DNA of 64,000 nucleotides, from positions 204,911 to 268,910 of the forward strand of contig JAQGDQ010000253.1 in the NCBI GenBank assembly GCA_030141605.1, given 5' to 3'. Both the position numbers and the translations under genes were made by a program. The stretch comes from Tubiluchus corallicola. Its lineage: Eukaryota; Animalia; Priapulida. This document shows positions 36,901 through 51,100 of this stretch, piece after piece (the stretch's first letter is position 1; each line of letters starts with the position of its first letter). The notes beneath the pieces are model-generated. The model was not told the origin of the DNA. It did no database searches and worked only from the letters and a program-made list of their open reading frames with translations.

Positions 36901-39794
36901 CAACTGTTCTGGTAACAGCATGTGCATCTCCTTTGACTTTAGATGATATCAACTCAAGAAATAGAGATGATTGTAGAGCAGGTGCAACCCTACTGCCTTT
37001 TGCCTTTTTGCTGAATTTAATAAAATATAGAGAACAGCTAATGAAGGCCTAATTGTAGCATTTAATAATATTTGTAGTATATTTGCTATGGAACTTTTGC
37101 AAAGAACATGCAGCCTTTCACATTTATTGAGATTTTTCACAGTGGTGTTATGCACAACCTGTCGTGTATTCATGTATATCTTTCAAAATCTGTTTGCGTA
37201 AAGTGCGCAGAGCTATCCATTGCCATATGATCATATTCCCGCTTTTCCCATTTGCGTTGCAAAATTCCGTTTTCCAATCGTAAGGCAGGCATCCCAGTGA
37301 TTTAAAATTTCTTTTCTAGTGGTGCTACGATGCAAAATTTTCTCCCATGACGGTTTAATAGCCGATTGTTCTATGAATTCGCATAACGGACGTATATCAG
37401 CATCACGCTTTTGCTGCTCTTTGAAACTGAGATTAAAATCTCTTACTGTGGTTGTTTAAGTCAATGCAGCATTGTACTTACTAGTTTTCTTTTTCAGCGC
37501 ATTATTTGATTCGAATTCTTTTCCACTAGAAAGGTTCATAACGGGGTAGAAATTAGGCATTTTAGGTATCCTGTGCTCTATTTGCTCAGATTGTTTTTTA
37601 TGAGATTCACTGTTCTCATTATTTGGATTATCGTCTCCCTTTTATTCTAGCTAAATCATATAAATATATAGATGCTACGGTCATGCAAATCTCAGTTAAC
37701 ACAAGTTTGGTATAGTGTGAAAAAATTGCTGTGTCACATTCTTAATGAAACATTAGTTCATTGGCCAAATATTATAAGCCTCCTGACCCATTTACATTTC
37801 AAAGTGGAAATCTTGTTGCTTTCTGATTAATGTTTCTAATAATATTAATTGTTGTTATGCATTTCATAGGCAGATAACCATTTTGCTACTACTTCTACAC
37901 CGCCACCACCTCTCACATGCATGAACGCACCCTCATACACTCGCACAGAGAAGCAACTATTCACAAGATATCATTGCGTGTAACTTCTTCATTTTCCATT
38001 TTTGTAGAAATTGTCGTGAACGCGGATTAGGTTTTGGTTTTTTGTAAATTTTTTAGAACTTTTAATCTTTTAACTCTTTACAAAAAAGGGGGAGAGCAAT
38101 TATTGTGCAACTGGAAACCCTGGTGTTTTAAAGTTAAAGTCCACATTTCACGAGGTGCAAATATATGATTAGAATAAAGTTTGTTAATATTGAAATTCTG
38201 AGTGGTAATGCCATTTAAGAACGATAAATTTAAAATGTGCGCATAGTTATGTTTACATTACACAAACATTTAAAAGATAATATTTACAATGATTTATGGA
38301 AAAGAATGATTACATGATAATGGTGATGCGAATAAATAGAGCTAAATGCTACATTTTGGGCAGAGAAAACTAGAGCTAAATGCTACGTTTTAGGCAGAGA
38401 AAAAATAGAGCTAATTGTTACGTTTTAGGTAGAGAAAAACTAGAGCTAAATGTTACATTTTAGGTAGAGAAAAACTAGAGCTAAATGTTACTTATGAGCC
38501 ATTGACTACATTAAGTTAATGACTACATCAAAATGAGCATGAGTGAAACAATTTTCACAAACACTGCAAAATACAAATATAACGACTACATGCTGAGAAC
38601 TGGCTACTCGATAAGGAGGCAGGGGGTGTGCCATAACTTGATGTATGACACCCCAAGCTAGATGGGAAATTTTGGCAAGATTACAACTATACAATTGTAA
38701 TGACTACATACTGAGAACTGGCTACTGATTATCCTCGATAAGGAGGGAGGGGGGAGGGCCATAACGTGATGGTGTGACACCCCCGGCTAGCTGGAGAATT
38801 TTGACAAGACTACAATTATACATACTTTCTGAGAAGGAAGCCTATGTGCAAATGATTACGTGGCTAATTGGGAATGAATCCTAACCTAGTTTACATAGAG
38901 CTAAATGTATACTATGAAACAGGTTTGCAAGGGCAGATCCATGTAACCATGAATGATCACTTTTACTGGAGAAGTGTCATGCTGGTGTTGTTCTCAACAG
39001 AAAAACTTACTTTTCTATTTTTATGGTAAAACTTACTGATACTTTGCAAAGACACTGATATTTATAGTCTAATAAGAAGATGGAAATAGTTCCTGTCTAT
39101 GTGGTTGTATGAAATTTATGAGTGACAGTTATGGGCATTGTTCATTTTCAAAGCCAAAATGTGATCATCTGTATGTTAATTCGTGTGACGGGAACACAAA
39201 AGAATTTCCTTCATTGCATATAGTGTACTCAGAAATCTTTATTTCTGTATATAAAAAAATGAAGATAATAAGTTTGACAGCTTTCACTGCTAACAAATGT
39301 ATAGTGATCTAATTATTATAATTTAAGATAATAAAAGTAAATATTACTCACATCGTGTGGCTATAACAACTTAATACATCCTTAATACTGGTTTACAGCA
39401 AATCAGGTAAAGACGCTACAAATAATTACTTGAAAATTTATCTAAACATTATTTAACGTTTGCTGAGGCTTCTGTAAGCGTGTTTTGTGAGGCTCGATCT
39501 AATTTACAACTTCACAGGTAAAATTACAGGTAAGTTCACATAGGTGCTGCCACCTACATGTCTCACCTTAACAATTCAGCTACACAAAAACTAAAGAAGC
39601 TTTGTCTCTTTTTAGGCTATGGTGTGACGAACAATGGTGTAACAACTTTCATCAATGCATCTCACTGTACTCAACGTTATCTACCAAAAAACCCTCCTGT
39701 GATATTTGATCTACCACTGCCTACTGGTGTGACCACTAAAATTACTACTGCTATGCCAAAGATTGTATCTCCTGATAATGTGTGCCAATTGTGA
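32092..39794 (+). CDS. Metallophosphoesterase domain-containing protein (MPPED1/MPPED2 family), about 268 aa
   Basis: Exons 32092-32284, 34099-34202, 34922-35141, 35767-35877 and 39616-39794 join in frame (807 nt) with GT-AG ends. Motifs: RFVCISDTH, DVLIHAGD, IAGNHD, YGSPWQP, THGPP, FGHIHEGYG, FINAS. The start is the first ATG after an in-frame stop; an extra upstream coding exon cannot be excluded. Confidence 0.92.
33858..33903. repeat. (TA)n microsatellite
   Basis: Direct observation. Confidence 0.95.
35960..36565. mobile_element. piggyBac-type MITE (606 bp) in an MPPED intron
   Basis: TTAA on both sides. TIRs cccttatagggtcac / gtgaccctacaaggg, plus inverted subterminal aaaaaattaccc / gggtaatttttt. 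Confidence 0.85.
38336..38491. repeat. Minisatellite, about 35-bp unit, about 4.5 copies
   Basis: agagctaaatgttacattttaggtagagaaaaact repeated. Confidence 0.9.
38582..38823. repeat. Diverged tandem duplication of about 120 bp
   Basis: gactacat.ctgagaactggctact...gccataac.tgatg..tgacacccc..gctag...aatttt..caaga.tacaa occurs twice. Confidence 0.8.
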
Positions 39795-42700
39795 TCGTAA
39801 TATTTCCAGATATTTCTTTCTTTTTCTAAATCAGGACAGACGGAAGCCAGTTTGAGTTTTCAACGTTTATGAAGTTAGGCATAAGTTGGAAATATGACTA
39901 ATCAAAGTACTGCAAATACAGGAAACCATTGTGAAAGCTTTAGACTGAGCTGACTGAATTTTCACCGATTGACAAACTGTTCGTATTTTGTAAAGAAAAG
40001 GTGCGGAACCTATTTTTCTATAGGCTTATTTTATGCCCAGTTTAAAAAGTGCCTTTGTGCAAAAAAGGGTTTTGTAGATTGTATTTAAACTTGTTCGTCT
40101 TCCTTAAATTCTCTTCACTCATTTCTGGCAGATCTGTGTATAGTCAAATTTGTACTGGTATTGGCAGACTTAAGCAAAAATGATGAATAAAATAACCCTT
40201 ATAAATTCATATTAAGTACTGATTAAGCTTTGACTTAGCTTCCTAAGTAAGGATTTGACGAAAGCTTTCCATTGCAATGTAAGCTATGTGTAGCAACAAT
40301 TATGGACATTGGTTAACATTGCTATAAGTAGCTCATCTTTGATGCGTGAGCTAAGCACATGTCAAGACAAAAAAGTTTCCTAAGTATTTGCTTTTTTGTA
40401 TCAGTTTTTTTAAACTCAGGTTTTAAATGCAGCAAGTCCCATGCGTGTGGAAAGTGTATTTATTTTATCGAAGTTTGTTTCTTGTCGGTGTACTTATCTT
40501 TAAAAGCTGGTGCAACCATTTTGCACCAGTTGTCAAATCATAGTTATAACTATTTATCAAAACTACTAAAATGTTCATAGTCTGTGATAAGTACTGTTTT
40601 TATTGGCAGCAACGTAATAGCTGTGTGATATATTTTTATACAGATGAATTAGAATATCTAGTCAAACTGAAACGTATTTGTGTAATAGTGATAAACATAA
40701 GAGTATAAGTATTACTACACTACATATATTATTGGTGGTTTGGTGAAACCAAAAAACTTGAAATTTAGTTTTAAGAATTTATTCTGAAATGCCTACATTA
40801 ATAGTGAAGTAGTGTCATGTTGAAAAGCAGAAAACCAAATACCAAAACTACAGGTGAAATCATTTAGGTGTGGAAACAGGTTTAGAGATTATGCATTCAT
40901 AAAGACTGTGGAAGCCAATGAAAATTTAAACAGTAAAGAGAAAGCTTTAACAATTTTAACAAGAACACCTGAAGGTGGCAGCACTATCCAAAACTCAAAA
41001 AAGTATGATGACAATTCAACATAAATTTAAATTTAGAGTAATTAAAATGATTTTCTTCTGTCCAATTGGATATTGTAAAATCATGTTGCTGTTGGCATCC
41101 TTCTGTCTCAGAAGACAATGGAGTGTGCACCAAAAGAGTCAGTTATTGATCACATTGATGGAGCTGCAGCGTCGACTGTGGCTGAGCAGTCCGATCCTCT
41201 CAAGAGCACACACCTGGGCTAGGTGTATGGAGATCCTGAGTTGCCCAGACAACAGGAACCCCTCTCGTCCTCCCTGGTGTAGTCCAAAGGAAAGCGGAGC
41301 GATACCTTTGGCACCAGGTCGGCTGGCAGGAGCTGCCGGAGTCAGTGAGCAGGTTCGCTTTCGGGGCTCCACTCCTGATTTGGAAGCTTTACTCCTCTAC
41401 ACATGGCCGTTGGGTCACTTGACCTCCGCCGCCCTCTAGCCGTTGGCTGCTTGTGCAGCTCCTCCGCCTTGTGTCGAGATACAGTGTGGGCATTCCCACG
41501 TGTAATGTCGTGTAATAGATAAGTATAATAATGATAACAAGTAGAATGATTGAAGTTGTTACTGAAGTTGAAAATTGGCAGTTGGTAAGGTGTTCTTTGG
41601 GAAATTTTAACTTTATGATTGCTTTAAATTGACGTCTGTGATTTACAGAAAGAATTCACTTACGCTTGTCAGATTAGCTATATGGTAAATTATTGCTATG
41701 TGGTGTCTATTTATAGTATATTAAATAAAATTGATCACATAATTAGCAGCATTGTTATACTAGTGTATGTAGTAAGCAGACACATTCAGGTTGAGAAATG
41801 TGGTGTGGAACTGTTCATCATCAACATTATGCTCATCATCGTTATCATCGGTCAAAAACAACATTTAAATAAATTGCTGTGTGCCGGGTGAATAAAGTTT
41901 TTTTTTGTGATCTGTCGTGAAGCTCACGATTTCTTTATCTTATTTTTTATTAGTTCTTAATTATGATCATTAGTCATATTATTACATTCTCTTGTTAAAA
42001 CATTAAAAATCCCACACAAGAAATTTCAGCTATAAAATAAACCTATTTCTTTATATACAGTCTAAACTTTCATCCTTGAAGTAGTCTGCATAACATTTAC
42101 CTTCATTAAATTGCTGGCTTCCTTGCTTCATGGAAAAAACTTACCTGGGCAGTTGGCTTTCAGAGATCACTGAGTAAGCATGTGGCTTAAACTGAGAGAG
42201 CAATGTATAGTGTTATTAATGATTTATATAAATAAAGCTCACCTGTATTTTACTTGAATTCTACCTGTATTCTACTGTCTTAGCAATTACCTTCAGAATG
42301 TCTTCATATGATCTTAGGTAATTATGGAGATACAGTGAATTAATGGACACATTTTAAAAGGTTATAAGTAATTTAAAAAAAAAAATTGGTATTTTTATGA
42401 TATTATGGACAAGAAAAAGCTGTGAACGTTGCAAAGGGGTGAAACAGTCTGTTCCTAAACTAGATAAATGCAAATTTTACTGTGCTGGATGTGTACAGAA
42501 GTAATACAAATCGACAGATGATGGTGATTCTCCATCAGTTAATAAATCTATTATCTTTCTTCCTACCATTTCCTCTAACACATCCTTCTACCCTTCCTGT
42601 GTGATCTAACCTTTCTCCCAGTTCTTTTTTTTGGTCACTCATCCATTCTTTTTATCGGGTTCACATGACAGTGGGATTATACAAGCCTTTGCTTCTCTAG

Positions 42701-42973
42701 CCCACTGCAGTACAATTATTCTTTTATGATAACGATAGTGTATGAAACATAACAATTTAATACAGTATGATGTAATAATTTTGATGTCACTGTGTGCTTA
42801 ATGTCATTATATTGTACTGAATGTGATAATAATAAACTAACAAAGAATCACCTCTTTAAATAAAAAAGAGAAGAGTTATTTATGGCTCTCTAGTGGTCTA
42901 ATGATAATATAAAATCTTTACTTGCCATAAAAATAATGATTTTTAACGTCGTACAGTGTATTATATCATTGTA

Positions 42974-43242
42974 GACCAGACGGTTTAGTCTAGTGGTAAT
43001 GCGTTTGCTTTCCGTCTGGGAGGTCGTGAGTTCGCACCAGCGGCCGGGTCATACCAAAGACTTTAAAAATGGTACCTGCTGTTGCCCTGCCTGGCGCGTG
43101 GTATTTAGGGTAAAAGTGGGGTAATAATAGTCTCTGTTATGTAGTTGTAGATTGTTATTTACAGTCGGCGATAATAGCTCTTTGAGCTAATGTTAATTGT
43201 TGACCCAAAAGCCGACTTTAAATAAAGATTATTATCATTATT
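42974..43242 (+). mobile_element. tRNA-derived SINE with a MetaSINE-like central domain
   Basis: A-box-like ggtttagtctagtggt and B-box-like gagttcgcacc, then ggtcataccaaagactttaaaaatggtacc...ccctgcctggc (recalled as the Meta core), ending in AATAAA and an (att)n tail. Confidence 0.8.
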
Positions 43243-44005
43243 CAGTGTACGACTGATACACTAGTAGACAACAACTGCATCAAGGCTTGAAAAATTAAAA
43301 CTACTAGCGCGATATTGTGCATAAAAACACTAGAATTTAAAGCTATAGCAATACAACAAAATAAAATTTTGGAAAACAATAAAATATACATGCACAAGCA
43401 CACTAATTACCGAAATGATTTTAACAATGACAATCGTTCAAACAGCACAATTTTTTTGACTCGTGTAGCATACAAATACCATACGTATTTAAATTAAAAT
43501 AGAATCACATAGGAACAGAAATAACGTATATTAAAATATTGGACAAAGCATTAGCATTGAAAAACATAACATGTAGTACACACACAATAATACACATAAT
43601 AGTACACACACAATAATACACATAATAGTACACACACAAACAGACATACATGTCATCAAATTAAGCATTAGAATGACACACTAAATACAATGAGAAGAAC
43701 ATCAGAATGCATTGAAAAAATAAATTGTGCATGTGCATAAAACATATAAATGTGACAAAAGGACAAACAGTCATTAAACTACATTAAAATGCATTGAAGA
43801 ATATAATTATACGTTTTTAAGTTTTAGTATAACACCTTATGCTGTTGTAATAAAATCGATAAGTTTTCGTTTATTTATAAGTTTTCCAGCAGATTATATT
43901 ACATAAAATGCCATACTTTTGTTTTTGGAAAATCTTAAATCAGATTAAATGCTAAAACAACTGCCTGTCATTAACTTAGTATCATTATCATCATCTATTA
44001 TTTGT

Positions 44006-44870
44006 ATGATTTTCACCAAGCAATGCAATTCTTAAACAGAATGGAGGTGAATAGGATCAAGAAAAAGCTCTCAGTACAGTACTGTTCTCAAAGCTGTTCT
44101 CTAAGCTGTTCTCAATACAGTACTGTTCTCTAACCTGTTCTCAATACAGTACTGTTCTCTAAGCTGTTCTCAATACAGTACTGTTCTCAAAGCTGTTCTC
44201 AATACAGTACTGTTCTCTAAGCTGTTCTAAATACAGTACTGTTCTCAAAGCTGTTCTCAATACAGTACTGTTCTCAAAGCTGTTCTAAATACAGTACTGT
44301 TCTCAAAGCTGTTCTCAATACAGTACTGTTTTCAAAGCTGTTCTCAATACAGTACTGTTCTCAAAGCTGTTCTCAATGCAGTACTGTTCTCAAAGCTGTT
44401 CTCAAAACAGTACTGTTAATACAGGTGAAGAAGAAGATGATTTTCACCAAGCAATGCAATTCTTAAACAGAATGGAGGTGAATAGGATCAAGAAAAAGTT
44501 CTCAGTACAGTACTGTTCTCAAAGCTGTTCTCTAAGCTGTTCTCAATACAGTACTGTTCTCTAACCTGTTCTCAATACAGTACTGTTCTCTAAGCTGTTC
44601 TCAATACAGTACTGTTCTCAAAGCTGTTCTCAATACAGTACTGTTCTCTAAGCTGTTCTCAATACAGTACTGTTTTCAAAGCTGTTCTCAATACAGTACT
44701 GTTCTCAAAGCTGTTCTAAATACAGTACTGTTCTCAAAGCTGTTCTCAATACAGTACTGTTTTCAAAGCTGTTCTCAATACAGTACTGTTCTCAAAGCTG
44801 TTCTCAATGCAGTACTGTTCTCAAAGCTGTTCTCAAAACAGTACTGTTAATACAGGTGAAGAAGAAGATG
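44006..44870. repeat. 29-bp minisatellite (ctcaatacagtactgttctcaaagctgtt) inside a 431-bp tandem duplication
   Basis: The unique leader atgattttcaccaagcaatgc... occurs at 44006 and 44437. Each copy carries about 12 units containing the palindrome acagtactgt. Confidence 0.93.
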
Positions 44871-45937
44871 ATGATGTTGATGGTGATGATAATCATGCAT
44901 AAATATAAACACGTTTTTATATTTTTGTCTGTCATATTTTCATGCAAAATTTCAGCTTCATGTGATGAAACTATGATAGCCCAAAGACAAATGTGTGGAT
45001 GACTACAACTACAACGACTACGGCAACCGCAACAACACATTCAAAAACTAGACATCCGTGCACTTCGTGACGGTCCAATTTTCCAAAGTTAATTTATAAC
45101 CAGCCAATATTAATGCATTAATGCATTAATTTCTGCATACATTGTAGGAAACCTGAGTTAACACGGGCGGCAATTCTTCTCTATTTTAAATTTTCACACT
45201 TGATTTAGCTGATTCTTATTGTTATAATCTGGGTGTGTTTGAACCTAAATTAGCAGACAATCTTGGGCCAGGGAATAATGCTCTGTGGATTATAGAAATG
45301 ACTTTGTTCTGACTCATTACACAGGTGACACGTGAAACGTGAAAACATGATTCCTGCGAGCGGGCAGCTTTAATAAATTTCAGAGTTAGTTAAATGCAGG
45401 CCAATAAGAGCAGAGATAGTTATAATAGTCATTTCAAAAAATATGAATGACACTTTTTGTTGTTAAAAGTTGTTTATTTGACTAGTGAATTAGTCGATGA
45501 TGTAGCTAGCCTTCAATAATTTTTATTCTGAGATTATTAACTGACATATACAGGGACGGGGAAAGGATTACTGAGTTCATTTACGTCATCATCATCATCA
45601 TAAATTTAGAGGTAAAATTTTCTTGAACTCAACTGAACTTTTTAAATTCAACTTTAAATTTAAATTGTAAGTATGTTTGCCACGAGCATCAAACTCATTC
45701 AGTCAAGTAAACTCAACTTTTTGATGATCTCGATGATAACAAACGACGACAGTGATGGCGATGACGACAACTATTCATAGGCCTACATTTATAACTAATA
45801 CGTGAAGCCAGTTCACGCAGCGCTTTTGTATTGTGAGGATTGTCGCGGCGACAGTGGAGTAAATAGTGAAAGTAATGCTAGTGGTGATGATAATGTTAAT
45901 GGTAACGGCATAATAGATGTTTACACAGGCATTACGG

Positions 45938-46439
45938 CAGGGGTGTGCAAATTGCGGCCCGTGGGCCACTTGCGGCCCGTCAGCCAAGAGAATTTGTGCG
46001 GCCCGCGAAGAGATTTGTAAACCTAATGAAAGTGCAGCCCGGGCGATTAATTGAGTGTAGCCAGCTGAACTCCGTGCCATGATCCCAAAATAGTGCGGGT
46101 AGTTTTTTCTACTAGATCGGATGCCATTAACCCTTACAAGACAGTTGTAGCTTGATGTCACTGTTTTTCTCAGACTGTGTGATACACATTACTAATATGC
46201 ATTGTAATGAAATTACCACTATCTGTCCTGAAAGTAGAAATATATGGTTTGTAATATAAATTTTAATAACTCCTAAAATAGTTTCTTGAGTGTAGTAGTA
46301 ATGATGTACGCAGGTCGGATGCAAAAAATCGTTATTAGGTCCTTCTGTACTTGGCTCCTTGATCAAACTGCCTGTGGCCCGCAGGAATTGCGGGAAAGTT
46401 TAATGTGGCCCGGCTGGTCAGATAATTTGCACACCCCTG
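45938..46439. mobile_element. hAT-type MITE, copy 1
   Basis: TIR caggggtgtgcaaatt / aatttgcacacccctg; 8-bp TSD cattacgg. Confidence 0.93.
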
Positions 46440-46470
46440 CATTACGGCATTGTGTGAAACAATTTAGGCT

Positions 46471-48118
46471 TCATATAAGAGTTGAGACACTAATTACAGT
46501 AAGAACTACGCCTAGAAATGAAGCTGCGCGATGTGCACTGCCAGCCGTTGTCCAAAGGTTGTGGTTTTCGATGACTTTGAGTTTTTGTTTTTTACCAGAA
46601 GTCGGTGGATGTTCCTCGTAATGCTCGTCTAAGCGTCCACCTAAAATGGAATCAAAACATTAGGCATATAATTAGGAAAAGTATGAGAAACTTTTTTTTC
46701 GAGACACATTATTCGACATTTACATATAATTCTTATTCGTACTCGTGGTACAATCACATCAAATAAACAAGCGAATCAACAAGCAAAATAATATTAATTA
46801 ACAAGATTAGTAAGCAATGTGAATATATACAATTAAGTGAGAGTAAGATATGTTAGTATGGCGTACAATTCATTCCTGTCAATAAAATCAAAACAATTAC
46901 GCTCTAGAGCCCACATAACTTCTTTAATGAAATTTACAGTCCGTAGTTTTTCTTTGCTAGCAATACTTCTTAAATCTAATACACAAGAAAAAACTTTAGA
47001 AAGAAAATTTTCATTTGTGTAAAAAGTTTTGTACTCGTTACAAATAGATAACAAATTATAATCCATTATAGAAGACATAGATTACAGAATATATTTGTAG
47101 TCCTTTCAGGTTTACTGTGCGAAGGTCACTGGGAGCCGGGTAGGACGTTTTTTGGAGATCACATTTAGACTGATCCGATGTCCCTATATGCCGACTCGTA
47201 TAAACAGTGGCTCGTGTACAATTTGTTAATTAGACCCACAAAAAAACTAACGCTCTTTCTCTACATGTAGTTACCCTACAAGTTTGGCCTTTAGTTCGAA
47301 ATGGTGTAATTTGGCTTACCACTATCAGTAGGACCATGTACATACAGCTGGTACCAACTTTTGCTTAAGTCAAATGTGTACTGACTGCTGCCTTTGGTTA
47401 GATGACGGCTAAAAGCACACATAATCCTTCCATCGTCGTATTTCACATCTATAATTAGGAAAACAAGCCGATTTCAAATTGTGCTGCAGAAGTAAAATTT
47501 GTTACGCTGTTTTTTTGCATGCGGGCGTTTATACACACTAATACTAGAATCATGTTTTACTTTTTACTTACCCTGTATACGTTCATATACTCATGCATTG
47601 AAATTACTAATACAAAGTCTAACATTTTGCTAGGAGGTATAAAAAGAACGACTAATAGTATACGGAACAATTCTTTAAATCAAAGTGTCGTAGAATCCGT
47701 AGAAAATCTAACAGGTCTTCAATATTTAATGGGCAACCATTGTGCGTGTCGCACAGTCTTGAGGAGCATGATTGGAGCGCCTCAAAGAAATCACTGACGC
47801 AAAATCATTTGATACGTTTTGCAGATGCCTCTGCAACTTGTGTTTTGAATGCTAATCAGTGGCTTGTTCTTGGATCACCTTAGCCTCCACTCTGCCGTTC
47901 AGAATGTGTTTGGTGAGTCTGAGGTCAGACAAATTTCTAGATAGATAGATGGATGGATGGATGGATGGATGGATGGATGGATGGATGGATGGATGGATGG
48001 ATGGATGGATGGATGGATGGATGGATGGATGGATGGACGGACGGACGGACAGGTAGGTAGGTAGGTAGGTAGGTAGGTAGGTAAGTAGGTAGGTAGGTAG
48101 GTAGATAGACAGACAGAC

Positions 48119-48161
<43 letters not shown>

Positions 48162-51100
48162 TAGATAGATAGACAGATAGATAGATATTTTATTTCTGAA
48201 AATCAAATTTCCAACACGAAAATTACAAACTCGACGCATACCCGATGGTTTTATCAGCGGGCAGTGCTCGAGTAATGATTTCCAGATCATACTAAAAATT
48301 TGACTCAACATAGCTGCACAAGGTATATACACAGATATACAAATTTAGTTGTAAACTCTATGAAGCGAAAAAACTATTTACTAAGCATTTGTACACATGT
48401 GATAAACAAATATTTTACCTATATGATAATCACACTGATGCGGTTATATGTCCGCTAACAAAGCTATACTATTTAATTCAAAAATCTATGCATACAGTCG
48501 TAAATGAAATTTCCAATTGACATTAATTCTCCGTTAAATAAATTTGCAATATTACTATAATTTAACGCTACAGTGATCTATAAAGTGCATTTTCACGGCA
48601 CTCTACATCATTCAGTTCGATTGAAAAAAGTCCAGTTAATCATGCCCCACAAGACTGTAGACTGTGTGAGACAGGCGAGAGTTCGACACTAAATATTGTT
48701 TTAGCTATACTCGTTCCATACTAACACTTGATCGTTTTACTAGATCTAGAGCCTCTTACCCAGCGAAAGGTTCTGTAATAGCTAGCCAGTGACTGACAAA
48801 GCACCCTAAGGATATTACTTTTATAGCACTTTGTCGAGAGAAGAAGTTTGGGGTCCTTAACGAGGCCCAGACGCCTCCAACGGTTCACTGTGTCACCTTA
48901 GAGAGGTTTGGACTACTATCCTTGATAATGAGCTAAGTTCAATCTTGCCACAACCATCTACAACGGGTTTTGTATCTCGGCCTGCAGGATGTCGAGGTGC
49001 AAAAAATATAATTTGTCTTTGGGGTAAATCGCTAGATAAGGAGTAAATGCTAGATTTGGAGTAAATGCTAGATTTGGAGTAAATGCTAGATAAGGAGTAA
49101 ATGCTAGATTTGAAGTAAATGCTAGATTTGGAGTAAATGCTAGATTTGGAGTAAATGCTAGATAAGGAGTAAATCGCTAGATAAGGAGTAAATCGCTAGA
49201 TAAGGAGTAAATGGTAGATTTGGAATAAATGCTAGATTTGGAGTAAATGCTAGATTTGGAGTAAATGCTAGATTTGGAGTAAATCACTAGATTTGGAGTA
49301 AATCGCTAGATAAGGAGCAAATGCTAGATTTGGAGTAAATGCTAGATTTGGAGTAAATGCTAGATTTGGAGTAAATGCCAGATAAGGAGTAAATCGCTAG
49401 ATAAGGAGTAAATGCTAGATTTGGAGTAAATGCTAGATTTGGAGTAAATGCTAGATTTGGAGTAAGTGCTAGATAAGGAGTAAATGCTAGATTTGGAGTA
49501 AATGCTAGATTTGGAGTAAATCACTAGATTTGGAGTAAATCGCTAGATAAGGAGCAAATGCTAGATTTGGAGTAAATGCTAGATTTGGAGTAAATGCTAA
49601 AAAGAATTCAAAGCTAACTTATGTCATCTTTATAAAAGTTTCCAAGCAACAGTTAATCTAGACTCAAGTCAAAAAAATGTAATTAATCGTAAAAGCGCTT
49701 TATCCCAGCGAAATATAATTTTAACGTGATGCGTTTGGTTTGAATACAACACACCTTACACTCGGACGCAAAGTGTAGAATTTGCAATCATTTTACTGTA
49801 AAACGTAGACAAATGTTCACAGACCATAAAATTGAACAAACAGTCATAAAGTTAGCAATATGATATTTTACAGTAGAAATTTTGCATCCTTTCTCAATGC
49901 TGTCTCTAGATCAGTGCCTGAGAGAATAAAGCTGTAATCACATGACCAGACATACAAGTTCCTATTGGAAGGTACATCACATTCATGCATACATACCATA
50001 AATGGAAAGGTCACCTATACTCTACAGACTACTAGTCAAACCAAAATCAAAGTCCACTTGGCTTCTTTGATGGCAGAATAAAGATTATTGGTTTACAGAA
50101 AGCTGTGTTATAATGTTATAATTTTTCTTTATTTAAACTTGAATAAGAGAGTTAGATCCAGAATTAAAGCATGAAATTAACAATCTAATTACTCTGATTA
50201 ATGAACATCTAGCAAAGCAAAAGGAAATAATATTTAGAAACAAAAATCAATTTCTGACAAACTTTGTATAATTAGAGTAAAACAACGACTGTAGATGGCA
50301 GCACAGACCAATTCAGTACTTTAGTGTAGTAGACTGACAATTAAATGGGTCACATAATACTACAATCGCGTACTCGGTACAATAAGCGACACAAAGTATA
50401 CTTACATTTTGCTTTCACAGGATTACTTTCAACTTTTTCGCTAGGGATATGTCTTCGGCCGTTCGTAGCAGGTGGGTTATGCCAATGTTCAATGCTTGCT
50501 TTGCCATCGTGGTTCTTGCAAGCGTATACGTCTGCATTTGCCTATAATTTTGCATGAACGTTGTACATTGTATGTGCAAGACTATAATACTAGTATTTCA
50601 CCTATAAAAAGAGACTAACCACAAATTATACAAGCTAGCCAATTGTAAGTAATTCAATGTGTTTTCAGTTCAGTTTGACATTTTGTTTTGCTTTTATCCG
50701 TGTAACGTCCTAGATCAGAGGTGTGCAAATTATTTGACTAGCCGGGCCACATTAAACTTTCTCGCAATTCCTGTGGGCCACAGGCAGTTTGATCAAGGAG
50801 CCAAGTACAGAAAGGCCTAATAACGATTTTTTGCACCCGACCTGCGTACATCATTACTACTACACTCAAGAAACTATTTTAGAAGTTATTAAAATTTATA
50901 TTACAAACCATATATTTCTACTTTCGGGACAGATAGTGGTAATTTCATTACAATGCATATTAGTAATGTGTATCACACAGTCTGTGTAGTACAGTGACAT
51001 TAAGTGACAACCGTTTTGTAAGGGTTAATGGCATCCGATCTAGTAGAAAAAACTACCCGCACTATCTTTGGGATCGTGGTACGGACTTCAGCTGGATACA

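Noticed and set aside
42974-43050. Possible tRNA gene
   Set aside because: No convincing full cloverleaf, and it runs directly into a SINE core and (att)n tail.
47937-48332. 131-aa ORF with PSIH/PTYL repeats
   Set aside because: It is a translation of a tetranucleotide microsatellite.
44070-49599. CRISPR-like appearance of the 29-bp and 18-bp arrays
   Set aside because: Units are head-to-tail with no unique spacers, there are no cas genes, and the context is eukaryotic.
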